A stretch of 64,000 nt of DNA, from the NCBI GenBank assembly GCA_965228775.1, contig OZ245840.1, forward strand, positions 773,326 to 837,325. Reading direction: 5' to 3'. Positions 49,126 through 58,069 of the stretch are shown here, one piece after another (position 1 is the stretch's first letter; each line of letters opens with the position of its first letter). The notes beneath the pieces are model-generated. The model did not search any database, was not told the origin of the DNA, and worked only from the letters and a program-made list of their open reading frames with translations. The position numbers and the translations under genes were made by a program. The stretch is from Alphaproteobacteria bacterium (GTDB taxonomy: Bacteria > Pseudomonadota > Alphaproteobacteria > JANQMY01).

Positions 49126-49172
49126 TTTGTTTAATCAGGAGATCGGGTGTTCAAGTCACCCAGCCGGCACCA
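49126..49172 (+). repeat. degenerate third copy of tRNA-Thr 3' end (old att scar)
   Basis: TTTGTTTAATCAGGAGATCGGGTGTTCAAGTCACCCAGCCGGCACCA has 3-4 differences from 6965-7009. The last 28 nt are identical. Confidence 0.55.
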
Positions 49173-49194
49173 CCCAAACCTGCTTCAGCCTCAC

Positions 49195-50622
49195 CTAGGA
49201 AGCCATCTTGCCTTGGGCGAGCCAAGATTCGCGCTTGCGGTAGATTGTCGATGGGCTGATTTCGAGCAAGCGCGCGGCCTGCTGAATATTGCCGCCGCAT
49301 TGGGCGATTGCCCCTTCGATGGCATCACGTTCCGTCATCCAAAGAGGTTGCACCGCTGTTCCAGCCAAATTGGCAACAACTTGCCGGCCTCCAACTTCGT
49401 CGCCCCCAGCAACCGATGACGGTGGAACAATTTCCGCATTGGGCGTTTGAGCGATGGCTTCAAGGACCGCGCCAGGTGAGATAACTTCGTTATCTGTTAA
49501 GACCACCAAGCGGCGAACAAGGTTCTCCAACTCTCTGACGTTTCCGGGCCAAGCATAATTCGCGAGAGCCGCTGACGCAGCCGGATCAAAACGACGCTCT
49601 TGTCCTCCCTCTTCGTCAGCAATCCGTCGAAGAAAAACTTCCGCGAGGCCCTCCACATCATCACCCCGTTCTCTTAGCGGCGGCATATGAATTGGGATCA
49701 CATGGAGACGGTAGTAAAGGTCTTCGCGAAAACGGCCTTCCTGAACTTCCTTGGCTGGTGCTCGGTTGGTCGCGCAGACAAACCGAATGTTTGTCATTCG
49801 CGCTTTGTCTTCACCCACCCGGCGGTATTCTCCCAATTGGATGAAACGGAGAAGCTTGCTTTGCAGATCTAAATCCATCTCACAGATCTCATCCAAAAAA
49901 AGCGTGCCGCCATCTGCTGTCGCAGCCGCGCCCCCACGGTCACTTGTGGCCCCCGTAAATGCCCCCTTTACATGGCCAAACAGTTCGCTCTCTAGAAGGT
50001 CTTTTGGTAGCGCGCCGCAATTGAGCGCCACAAACGGGCCGGCGGCGCGGTCGCTTTGGTCGTGCAGAGCACGGGCCGCAAGCTCCTTACCGGTTCCGCT
50101 CTCTCCAGTGACAAAAACAGACGCTGTGCTGCGCGCTGCCGCTTCAATTGTTTTATAAACAGCTTGCATGGCCGGAGAGTTTCCCACCATCGTACCGAGG
50201 CCATCCTGGGGCGATGATTTTTGAAGCGCCTTGACCGTCCGTACCAAGCGTATTTTTTCGACCGTGTTTGCGACTGTCGTCAGAAGGCGCTCGGAGTCAA
50301 ATGGTTTCACAATAAAGTCGCTGGCTCCTGCGCGCATGGCTTCAACGGCGGCATTCATGGACCCATTGGCCGTGATGACGACGACCGGCACCATTTGTTC
50401 GTGCAGTTGTTGCCATTCGCGAAGTAAGTCGAGGCCATTACCATCCGGAAGCTGAAGGTCCAACAAAACACAGTCCGGTTGGGACGTCCCCAACGAATTT
50501 CTCGCATCCGCGATGGTTTCAGAGACCGTGACCATATGGCCCGCCTTTTCAAGCTGCGCCTTATAGGTGCGCGCCAGGCTGGGGCTGTCTTCGACCAGCA
50601 ATAACTTTGCGGAGATAGTCAT
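49195..50622 (-). CDS. sigma-54-dependent response regulator (NtrC/LuxO family)
   Basis: 475 aa. REC domain (LLVEDSPSLA...DLQLPDGNG), AAA+ sigma54-activation domain (GESGTGKELAARALH, GAFTGA, ESELFGH), C-terminal Fis-type HTH. Confidence 0.85.
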   Translation of the reverse strand: MTISAKLLLVEDSPSLARTYKAQLEKAGHMVTVSETIADARNSLGTSQPDCVLLDLQLPDGNGLDLLREWQQLHEQMVPVVVITANGSMNAAVEAMRAGASDFIVKPFDSERLLTTVANTVEKIRLVRTVKALQKSSPQDGLGTMVGNSPAMQAVYKTIEAAARSTASVFVTGESGTGKELAARALHDQSDRAAGPFVALNCGALPKDLLESELFGHVKGAFTGATSDRGGAAATADGGTLFLDEICEMDLDLQSKLLRFIQLGEYRRVGEDKARMTNIRFVCATNRAPAKEVQEGRFREDLYYRLHVIPIHMPPLRERGDDVEGLAEVFLRRIADEEGGQERRFDPAASAALANYAWPGNVRELENLVRRLVVLTDNEVISPGAVLEAIAQTPNAEIVPPSSVAGGDEVGGRQVVANLAGTAVQPLWMTERDAIEGAIAQCGGNIQQAARLLEISPSTIYRKRESWLAQGKMAS

Positions 50623-53549
50623 ACTCCTTCTCCTTGTCGCCAGTAGGTTTCATCCGCTTGAACGCGGTCGACCTCGATCAAAGTTTTTTCCGCAATGTCC
50701 ACCACACGTTGCAATACCGGTTGCACATCGTCTCCGGTATCGAAGGCATGCTCGAGATTTGCGGCAGCTTCTGACAGGGCAACCGCCCCCACATTGGCCG
50801 AGGCACTCTTAAGGGAATGGGCTTCGCGCGTTGCCGTTGCCCGATCGAGATCGCCCCTCTGCAAATGCGCTACCCGGTTTTGGCATTCATTGCGAAAGAT
50901 CGTGATGATTTCGGCACGTGTGTCATGATCCAAATCTCGCCAGTTCGCGACAAAACTCTCCGTATCGAGAACGCTGCCCATCGATCCGTCGGCTTGGGAC
51001 GGGCGGGCTTGAACGCGAGAAGGTTCTGGAGACGGAAGCCAACGCGAGATCGTTGCGAATAAGGCTGATTTTTCGATCGGCTTCGCCACATAATCGCACA
51101 TACCCGCTTCGAAACAACGCTTACGGTCTTCCTCCGCAACGTGAGCCGTCATCGCAATAATGGGAACATCATGGCAACCGGGCAAATCCTTGATTCGTTT
51201 CGTTGCCTCCAGACCGTCGACCACAGGCATCGACACATCCATGAGCACAACGTCGTATGTACGTGCCTGCATCGCGCTTATCGCTTCGGCACCGTTAGAC
51301 ACATGATCGACACGGGCGCCCTTCTGCTTAAGCAGAGCGGTCGCTACATAAGCGTTGGTCTGACTGTCCTCCGCTAGAAGAATGCGCCCATTTAGCTTCA
51401 GTGGTTCCGCTTCAGGACGCGGCCGGGCTTGGACAATTGCGGAACTCCCCAGTTGAATTGGAACTTCAAACCAAAACAAACTTCCCTTGCCCTCGCTACT
51501 TTCGAAACCAATTTCGCCTCCCATGAGAGAACACAGACGTTTTGAAATCGCGAGGCCAAGACCGGTACCGCCAAATCGCCTGCGGTAATCCGACTCCAAT
51601 TGAACAAAATCACCAAACAGACGGTCTTCCATCCCCGCTGGGATACCAATTCCAGTATCCTCCACTTCAAAACGCAACGCAGACTGATCATCGCGTGAAA
51701 AAACCCGCACTTGTACCGACCCGGTTTCTGTAAACTTCACGGCATTGGAGACAAGATTGAGCAGTATCTGCCTAAGTCTCGATGCATCTGATTGCACAAA
51801 GCGCGGCACGCCGGAGTCGATCGTGATCAACACTGGAAGCTTCTTTTGCCGAGCGATTGGCTTGATCACATCCGCTACGCGGTGAACGCATTCCCACAGA
51901 TCGAAATCCGCAATTTCAAGTCCAACATGCCCTGCCTCGATCTTTTCGAAATCCAGAAGGTCATTCACGAGCGTTAAAAGGCTCTCCGCCGCATTTCGGG
52001 CAAGCTCGGTATGCGCATATTGCTCCGGGTCAAGACTCGTGTCCGCGAGCAAGCCAAGACCACCGATTACCCCATTCAAAGGCGTGCGAATTTCATGGCT
52101 CATTGTCGCCAAGAAATGAGACTTAGCTTCGCTTGCCGCCTCAGCTTCCTCTTTTGCGGTACGGAGGTTTTCTTCCGAAGACTGCAAGGCCTCTTGCTGC
52201 TGCTTCGCCTCTGTGATGTCTCGCAGATAGGCCGTAAAGAAGAGCCGCTGATCGACTTCGAACGGTGTTATCGCAAGTTCTACCGTTATTCGGGTGCCAT
52301 CCACCGTCACTGCCGGCACTTCAATGCGTTTGCGGAGCACGTTGTGCTCGCCCGTCTTAAGGTAGTGTTCTAAACCGGTCAGGTGTGCGTTTCGCAGATC
52401 CTCGGGAATGATTGTTTCGGCGAGCGGTTGACCAATGACTTGTTTGGCTTTGAAGCCAAATGTCTTTTCCGCAGCGGGATTGAATTCCCGAATAATTCCG
52501 TCGCTGTCAATCGTAATGACACAATCCAAAGCGGTTTCAGTTGCAGCTTGGCGAAAGGCAATATTCTCTTGAAGCGCAGCCTCGCGTTCGACGCGTTCCG
52601 TAATGTCCTGTACAATGCCAACCCGCATGATTTGTCCATCTGGACCTGTTGGCAGCGAAGCGTCAGTCAACCAAAGATGTTGGATACTGCCGTCGGCCGT
52701 AACGGTTCTAAACTCAATCGCCAGATCGATACCGCGGTCGATACTCGACCACGTCTCATGTGCCACGCGGTCAAGGTCGTCGGGATGAACGCGGTCGAGC
52801 AATTGCTGATAGTTTAATCCGCCGGCGGATGGGTCCAAACTCGTCGCGATACTGAAGATGCCAGGCGACATATGGGACATTTCGAGGTTATCTGTGTCAA
52901 ACACGAAATATCCCAGCTTGGCAAGTTTTTCGGCTTTCGCAATGACCATGTGAGCGCGCGCCAATGCCGCCTCTCTTTCGCTCACATCTATTTCGTTGTT
53001 TTGGATGGTGACAGAATAGCCATCTTTCATCGGCCTAACACGTTTGTAGCCAATGTCCTCTGTGCGGCTTTCTTCGCGCGCATGGTTTTCGACCACGACT
53101 TTGTTGTCTTCATTTCGCACGGTAATAGGATCAGGGATGGCATCGAGCGCGTTCGCGAGAACAGAGGAAACGCTCACCTGCTCAAGAAACAACGCAATCA
53201 TCTCCAAAAGCTGATCTAATTTTGGAATTTCCTGAAGATCACCGGAGCCGCTGCTCAAAAAACCCAAGCGTTCACCGGCGGGCGATACGAATGGAATGAC
53301 CGCATCTTCAACTCCATCCCGCCACGCCGCGATAACGGGCTCTGCTGCATCATGCAACTCACCGGCCGCACCGATGGCGGACCGAAGGTTTGCATCGTAG
53401 ATAAAAGCATCGGGGTGATCCAACAACTCTGCGGCCGCTCTGGCATAGACCGTAAGCGCCGCTTTCCTGTTCGTGAGGAGCTTTTCTTTCAAACGTTTCA
53501 TCCGAGCCTCTAATGGATTGCCCCTGCTGTGGAGCACGTGCCGGACCAA
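50619..53549 (-). CDS. hybrid sensor histidine kinase (PAS-PAS-HisKA-HATPase-REC-Hpt)
   Basis: 976 aa. Two PAS-like regions. H-box SHEIRTPLNGVIG. N/G1/G2 boxes. Receiver (VLMDVSMPVVDGLEATKRIK). C-terminal Hpt (HSLKSASANVGA). Start overlaps the regulator gene stop by 4 nt. Confidence 0.85.
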   Translation of the reverse strand: MVRHVLHSRGNPLEARMKRLKEKLLTNRKAALTVYARAAAELLDHPDAFIYDANLRSAIGAAGELHDAAEPVIAAWRDGVEDAVIPFVSPAGERLGFLSSGSGDLQEIPKLDQLLEMIALFLEQVSVSSVLANALDAIPDPITVRNEDNKVVVENHAREESRTEDIGYKRVRPMKDGYSVTIQNNEIDVSEREAALARAHMVIAKAEKLAKLGYFVFDTDNLEMSHMSPGIFSIATSLDPSAGGLNYQQLLDRVHPDDLDRVAHETWSSIDRGIDLAIEFRTVTADGSIQHLWLTDASLPTGPDGQIMRVGIVQDITERVEREAALQENIAFRQAATETALDCVITIDSDGIIREFNPAAEKTFGFKAKQVIGQPLAETIIPEDLRNAHLTGLEHYLKTGEHNVLRKRIEVPAVTVDGTRITVELAITPFEVDQRLFFTAYLRDITEAKQQQEALQSSEENLRTAKEEAEAASEAKSHFLATMSHEIRTPLNGVIGGLGLLADTSLDPEQYAHTELARNAAESLLTLVNDLLDFEKIEAGHVGLEIADFDLWECVHRVADVIKPIARQKKLPVLITIDSGVPRFVQSDASRLRQILLNLVSNAVKFTETGSVQVRVFSRDDQSALRFEVEDTGIGIPAGMEDRLFGDFVQLESDYRRRFGGTGLGLAISKRLCSLMGGEIGFESSEGKGSLFWFEVPIQLGSSAIVQARPRPEAEPLKLNGRILLAEDSQTNAYVATALLKQKGARVDHVSNGAEAISAMQARTYDVVLMDVSMPVVDGLEATKRIKDLPGCHDVPIIAMTAHVAEEDRKRCFEAGMCDYVAKPIEKSALFATISRWLPSPEPSRVQARPSQADGSMGSVLDTESFVANWRDLDHDTRAEIITIFRNECQNRVAHLQRGDLDRATATREAHSLKSASANVGAVALSEAAANLEHAFDTGDDVQPVLQRVVDIAEKTLIEVDRVQADETYWRQGEGV

Positions 53550-53647
53550 ACGCCATTATCAACGAAACTCCTTAAGAAAACTTAGTCTTTTGAGGCACTT
53601 AGTGTCTGCTTAGGAAAGGTAAGCGTACGCACCGATAGGTCGGCGCC

Positions 53648-53685
53648 TTGCATTATGCAACGGTCGCCATTGCATTATGCAACGG
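53648..53685. promoter_or_regulatory. two direct copies of dyad-symmetric 16-mer TTGCATTATGCAACGG spaced 22 bp
   Basis: 53648-53663 and 53670-53685, about 100 nt upstream of the hybrid kinase start (minus strand). Each copy contains the palindrome TTGCA-N3-TGCAA. Confidence 0.4.
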
Positions 53686-53734
53686 GGCCTGATGGTTAAG
53701 GACGCGTAATCAAGACCCCGTTGCAATCTGCACC

Positions 53735-55144
53735 TCACCAGCAGATACCGTCGTAAATCGCGCCACGCGGACTACTCTGCCAAGCACGTGCAAGGTCAAT
53801 TACCCGCTTCCCGCGAACGTTTTTCTCTACAGCCTCAACAAACTCCACCGCGTCATGGGCAACGATTATGGTGTCCGACAGGGCAACGGCTTCATCCGCT
53901 GAAGAAACCACCGCCTTTTTGAGCTGTTCCGTCGTGTCTTCTCCCCCCGCCGACTTGGCTTTCGCATGTTTGCAATGATGGTCCAATGCCGCTTCGAGAT
54001 CTAAGTTCGGGTCATACACGCGAACGTCGTAGCCTTCCGCAACCATCAGTTCCAGCAATGTGAGCATGGGACTTTCGCGCAGATCGTCAGTACCTGGCTT
54101 AAACGTAACCCCCAAAAGGGCGACTTTCTTTGACCGGGCCTTTTTAACGAGATCCAGCGCATGAATGATTTGACCATCATTGCTCATATGCAAAGAGTCA
54201 AACAACGGAACGCGAACACCTTTGGCACGGGCAAGTTTCGACATTCCCCGAACATCTTTCGGCAAGCACGAACCGCCAAACGCAAACCCCGGTTTCATAT
54301 AGTATGGTGAGATATTTAGCTTGGTATCCTGCACAAAAATAGACATCACTTCCCTGCTATCGACGCCGCAGGCTTTGGCAAGCCGCCCTACCTCATTTGC
54401 GAAACAGACTTTCGTCGCGTGCCATGTATTGTCCACATATTTGACCATCTCGGCCGCTTCGATACTTGTCAGAATGACGTCATCGTCAAGGCCGATATAG
54501 AGATCGGAAACGATAGACGCCGTGCGCGGATCCGTAGCCCCAACAACGGTTTTGGGCGGGTTATAGAAATCGTCAATCGCCGTACATTCCCTTAAAAACT
54601 CTGGATGAAAGGCAATGCCAAAGTCTTCAGCCAATACTTTGCCAGAGGCTTCTTCGATGATTGGACCCAATAAGCTTCTGCAGGTTCCTGGCGGAATCGT
54701 CGACCGAAACGCGATGACATGAAACTCATTTTTGCTGCGCAATCCCAGACCAATTTGTTTCGCGACCTCTTCCAAATACTTTGTGTCACAACTGCCGTCT
54801 TCCCGGCTGGGTGTTCCCACACACACAAAACTGATTTGGCTGTTTTGGACAGCGTAAGTCGGCGATGCAGTTACCGAAACGAAATTATTCTCCACACCCG
54901 CCGTCAGAAGATCATCCAAACCAGGCTCCACCAATGGCGCCTTGCCCGCGCTCACCAAGGTTGTTTTCCTTGTATCTGGATCCACGCCAATCACGTTGTG
55001 TTCACGTGAAGCGAGACATCCCATGGATACAGCACCCACATAACCAAGACCAAAGACGCTCACGGCGGCTTTCCGGGCTTGTCTAGCCGCAGGCGCCTTG
55101 ACTCTGGACTTATCGGTAAGCTGAAATTCGACGACGTTGTTCAC
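53735..55144 (-). CDS. nucleotide-sugar 6-dehydrogenase (GDP-mannose/UDP-glucose dehydrogenase family)
   Basis: 469 aa. N-terminal Rossmann GLGYVGAV, catalytic Cys region (GGSCLPKD), C-terminal UDPG_MGDP_dh domain. GDP-mannose specificity is suggested by the divergent ManC gene. N-terminal start uncertain. Confidence 0.75.
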   Translation of the reverse strand: MNNVVEFQLTDKSRVKAPAARQARKAAVSVFGLGYVGAVSMGCLASREHNVIGVDPDTRKTTLVSAGKAPLVEPGLDDLLTAGVENNFVSVTASPTYAVQNSQISFVCVGTPSREDGSCDTKYLEEVAKQIGLGLRSKNEFHVIAFRSTIPPGTCRSLLGPIIEEASGKVLAEDFGIAFHPEFLRECTAIDDFYNPPKTVVGATDPRTASIVSDLYIGLDDDVILTSIEAAEMVKYVDNTWHATKVCFANEVGRLAKACGVDSREVMSIFVQDTKLNISPYYMKPGFAFGGSCLPKDVRGMSKLARAKGVRVPLFDSLHMSNDGQIIHALDLVKKARSKKVALLGVTFKPGTDDLRESPMLTLLELMVAEGYDVRVYDPNLDLEAALDHHCKHAKAKSAGGEDTTEQLKKAVVSSADEAVALSDTIIVAHDAVEFVEAVEKNVRGKRVIDLARAWQSSPRGAIYDGICW

Positions 55145-55627
55145 TGCAATCTCCTTTGCTCAGGTCTTGCCGAGCGGATTGCAGCGTCCAGGCCAAAATT
55201 GACGCTCAATTTTTCTTTTTTAAATCAGGGACTTACAAGACTCCTCAATTTTCAATCAATCTGTTCTTCGCAGAATGCAGTAGCGTGGTTTGCATCCTGC
55301 ATTACTCTGGGAACTTTCGTCTGACGGCGGACAATATGCTCTATTACATTGTCCTTTTCTCCAATAGTCCGATTAGGGATGAAGTTGAGCAAATTGACCA
55401 GATCGCGATTGCAGAATGCGCATAAGCTTTCATTTTGCATTCGCGACTGTTGCAGATTGCGAACTCGACAAACTCACTGCTCCAATCGTCACGTATGCTG
55501 TTCAAGGGAAACTCCCGGTTTCTCACGTTTTTGAGAAAAGAATATCGCTACTGGAATTTCGATGAACGGTGGCCCCTTCTTTGCGACTTAGGGTGCAGTT
55601 GCACTTCAGTTCACAAGGGTAAGCACC

Positions 55628-57109
55628 ATGCAGTCAGTCATCCAAAACGTCCCGGTTGTGCCAGTCGTTCTTTGCGGAGGGGGCGGCACCCGCCTTTGGC
55701 CCGTTTCACGCAGCGCCTCTCCAAAGCAGTTTCACGCATTTGGAGGTACAAAATCCCTTCTGCAAGAAACCGTGGAACGTGCCTTCGCTATTGAAGGCGC
55801 GATTAACACCATTCTCGTAACTGGCAAAGAGACCGCTGACGTCGCTCAAGCACAGTGCAAAGGAGTTTCCCAGTTAACCCCTGATCTCATTGTCGAACCC
55901 GAAGGCCGCAATACAGCCGCGGCTCTGACAGCCGCGGCTGTCCATGCCCTTAGGTCCACCGGGCCGGACACGATAATTGTAGCGATGCCGTCTGATCACA
56001 AAATCTCGTCAATGTCAGAGTTTTCCAAAGCAATGACGAAAGCTGTTCAAGCTGCGACAGAAAACTGGATCGTCACGTTCGGCGTCGAACCCACCGCCCC
56101 CGAAACCGGTTTTGGTTACATTTGCCCAAGTGAAGAAGCTAGCCACGTCGCCGACTGCAAAAAAGTCTCGCGCTTCGAGGAAAAGCCTTCTGCCGCTAAA
56201 GCGGTAAGTCTTATCGAAAAAGACGGCGCGCTGTGGAACTGTGGCATTTTCATTGCCCGAGCAGATCAAATTTGCGCCCAAATGCTCCGCTTCGAACCGG
56301 AAACGATGCGAGCCGTCGAGGCATCCTATAATCTTTCTACAAAGAAAGGCACTCAGTTCCATCTGTCTGATCAGTTCCGTCGATCAAAAGCGCTGCCCTT
56401 TGATAAGGCTGTCATGGAGCGGACATGCAGCGCCGCGGTGCTGCCTGTAGATTTCGAATGGAGCGATGTAGGCACATGGTCGGCGATTGCGAACCATCCA
56501 GACATTCACTCTGCTGATGAAGCGATTTTGATCGATTGCGACAATGCCTATGTGGAAAGCCGGTCAAATCGCTTGGTGACTGGTGTTGGCCTTAAGGACT
56601 TGGTGATCGTCGACACCCCAGACGCTGTTTTGGTGGCTGATCAAAGCCGGTCCCAACAAGTCGGTGAGTTAAGCAAGCTGATTTCGAAGCAGCGCCCTGA
56701 ACTCACGGAACAATCTGCAAAAGTGGCCCGCCCATGGGGAACGTACCAATCCATCCACAGCGGATCACAACATCAAGTGAAACACATAGAGGTGGCGCCC
56801 GGCGGTCAACTGTCCCTGCAATATCATCACAAGCGGGCAGAACACTGGATCATTGTTTCCGGCACGGCGACGGTCACAGTTGGAGATAAAACAAGAGATT
56901 ATGACGCGAACGAGCATATCTACATTCCAAAAGGTGAAACCCATCGGTTAGAAAACAATACGTCAAATCCGATCCATTTGATCGAAGTTCAAATGGGAGA
57001 CTATCTTGGTGAAGACGATATTGTCCGTCTGGATGATGTCTACGGAAGAACCGACCACCCGCGCCGGAATACTTCTAGTGAAGAATCGACGATCGCGAGG
57101 GCATCCTAA
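55628..57109 (+). CDS. mannose-1-phosphate guanylyltransferase / mannose-6-phosphate isomerase (AlgA/ManC type)
   Basis: 493 aa. N-terminal VVLCGGGGTRLWPVSR nucleotidyltransferase motif. C-terminal cupin (HHKRAEHWIIVSGTATVTVGD...HIYIPKGETHRLEN). Confidence 0.85.
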   Translation: MQSVIQNVPVVPVVLCGGGGTRLWPVSRSASPKQFHAFGGTKSLLQETVERAFAIEGAINTILVTGKETADVAQAQCKGVSQLTPDLIVEPEGRNTAAALTAAAVHALRSTGPDTIIVAMPSDHKISSMSEFSKAMTKAVQAATENWIVTFGVEPTAPETGFGYICPSEEASHVADCKKVSRFEEKPSAAKAVSLIEKDGALWNCGIFIARADQICAQMLRFEPETMRAVEASYNLSTKKGTQFHLSDQFRRSKALPFDKAVMERTCSAAVLPVDFEWSDVGTWSAIANHPDIHSADEAILIDCDNAYVESRSNRLVTGVGLKDLVIVDTPDAVLVADQSRSQQVGELSKLISKQRPELTEQSAKVARPWGTYQSIHSGSQHQVKHIEVAPGGQLSLQYHHKRAEHWIIVSGTATVTVGDKTRDYDANEHIYIPKGETHRLENNTSNPIHLIEVQMGDYLGEDDIVRLDDVYGRTDHPRRNTSSEESTIARAS

Positions 57110-57684
57110 TGCAAATGCCGTCGAACAGCGTTGCAAGCGGCACTCTCTGGAAAGTTCTCACCGAAGAAGTCGTTTTTTCCGATTCCCCGTGGATAGAACT
57201 GCGTCGCCAAAGCGTCCGCCTTCCCGCCGGACGCGTTGTAGATGACTACTACCAAATAGAGATCCCCGATTTCGTTACCGTTCTAGCCATCACAGAGGAA
57301 AACGAAGCTGTTTGCCTTCGGCAATACAAACACGGTGCTCGCGAGCAGTGTCTAAGTTTTCCTGGCGGCATGGTGGACGCCGATGAAACCTCATTTACGG
57401 CGGCTCAGCGAGAGCTCTTGGAAGAAACCGGCTTTTCCGGCGGAACCTGGACCCATCTTGGCAGCCTGGTTGTCAACGGAAACTCTGGAATTTGCAAAGG
57501 ACATTTTTTCACCGCGAAGGGCGTCACCAGAACAAGCGAAACGACGACTGGCGCGGATTTGGAAGATATGACAATCGACCTTCTTCCCGTGACGAGCCTT
57601 AAGGATCACGTGGTTACGGGAGGCGTGCGCCTGCTAAATCACGTAGCGGTTCTTGGGCTCGCGTCTCTCTTCGGTGAAATCTGA
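57109..57684 (+). CDS. NUDIX hydrolase
   Basis: 191 aa. Nudix box GGMVDADETSFTAAQRELLEETGF (G-x5-E-x7-REUxEExGU). The start overlaps the upstream stop (TAATG). Confidence 0.7.
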   Translation: MQMPSNSVASGTLWKVLTEEVVFSDSPWIELRRQSVRLPAGRVVDDYYQIEIPDFVTVLAITEENEAVCLRQYKHGAREQCLSFPGGMVDADETSFTAAQRELLEETGFSGGTWTHLGSLVVNGNSGICKGHFFTAKGVTRTSETTTGADLEDMTIDLLPVTSLKDHVVTGGVRLLNHVAVLGLASLFGEI

Positions 57685-57691
57685 GGAACAC

Positions 57692-58069
57692 ATGGAGGTT
57701 AAAATGACTGACATGAAGGAACGCCGCAAGCAAACGCGATATGCAACTCCTGGATTGGCCATCATTGAGGGCGAACCTTATGTCCTCGTGGATTGGTCCA
57801 TGAAAGGCTCTGCCGTTAGCGGTTGGGATTGGCCGCGCCCTAAACGCGACTTCGCCATTGAAACGAACGCGACGTTTCTGGCCGGCGGGTTGACTTTCGA
57901 TGCAAAGGCAAAGCTCGTATGGGTCGATGAGGTCAACGAACAGGCCGGGTTTTCGTATGTGCCCAACTCCATTCGAAATATTCGCCTCAAAAAAAGGGAG
58001 GCGCCCATTTTGGATGGGGCACGTCACAAAAACAATCTTGGTACCGACGTCGAGGATCAGAGTTCGTGA
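57692..58069 (+). CDS. PilZ domain protein
   Basis: Start at MEVKMTDMKERRKQTRY. RxxxR-type N-terminal motif and DWSMKGSAVSG (D/NxSxxG) c-di-GMP-binding-like signature. The ORF-track frame starts at 57653, overlapping the NUDIX gene. Confidence 0.45.
   Translation: MEVKMTDMKERRKQTRYATPGLAIIEGEPYVLVDWSMKGSAVSGWDWPRPKRDFAIETNATFLAGGLTFDAKAKLVWVDEVNEQAGFSYVPNSIRNIRLKKREAPILDGARHKNNLGTDVEDQSS

Larger units (their letters stand above)
38655..49172. mobile_element. putative second tandem genomic island (older, no integrase)
   Basis: Bounded by the exact tRNA-3' repeat at 38610-38654 and a degenerate copy at 49126-49172. The two share flanking similarity (AAAGCGAGA... upstream, CACCCAA... downstream). 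Confidence 0.35.

Noticed and set aside
53590-53735. Considered whether the TTGCATTATGCAA repeats are a sigma54 -24/-12 promoter.
   Set aside because: The GG-N10-GC spacing (TGGCAC-N5-TTGCA) is not satisfied. The dyad symmetry and two-turn spacing fit a dimeric regulator operator better, so it is reported as a regulatory motif only.
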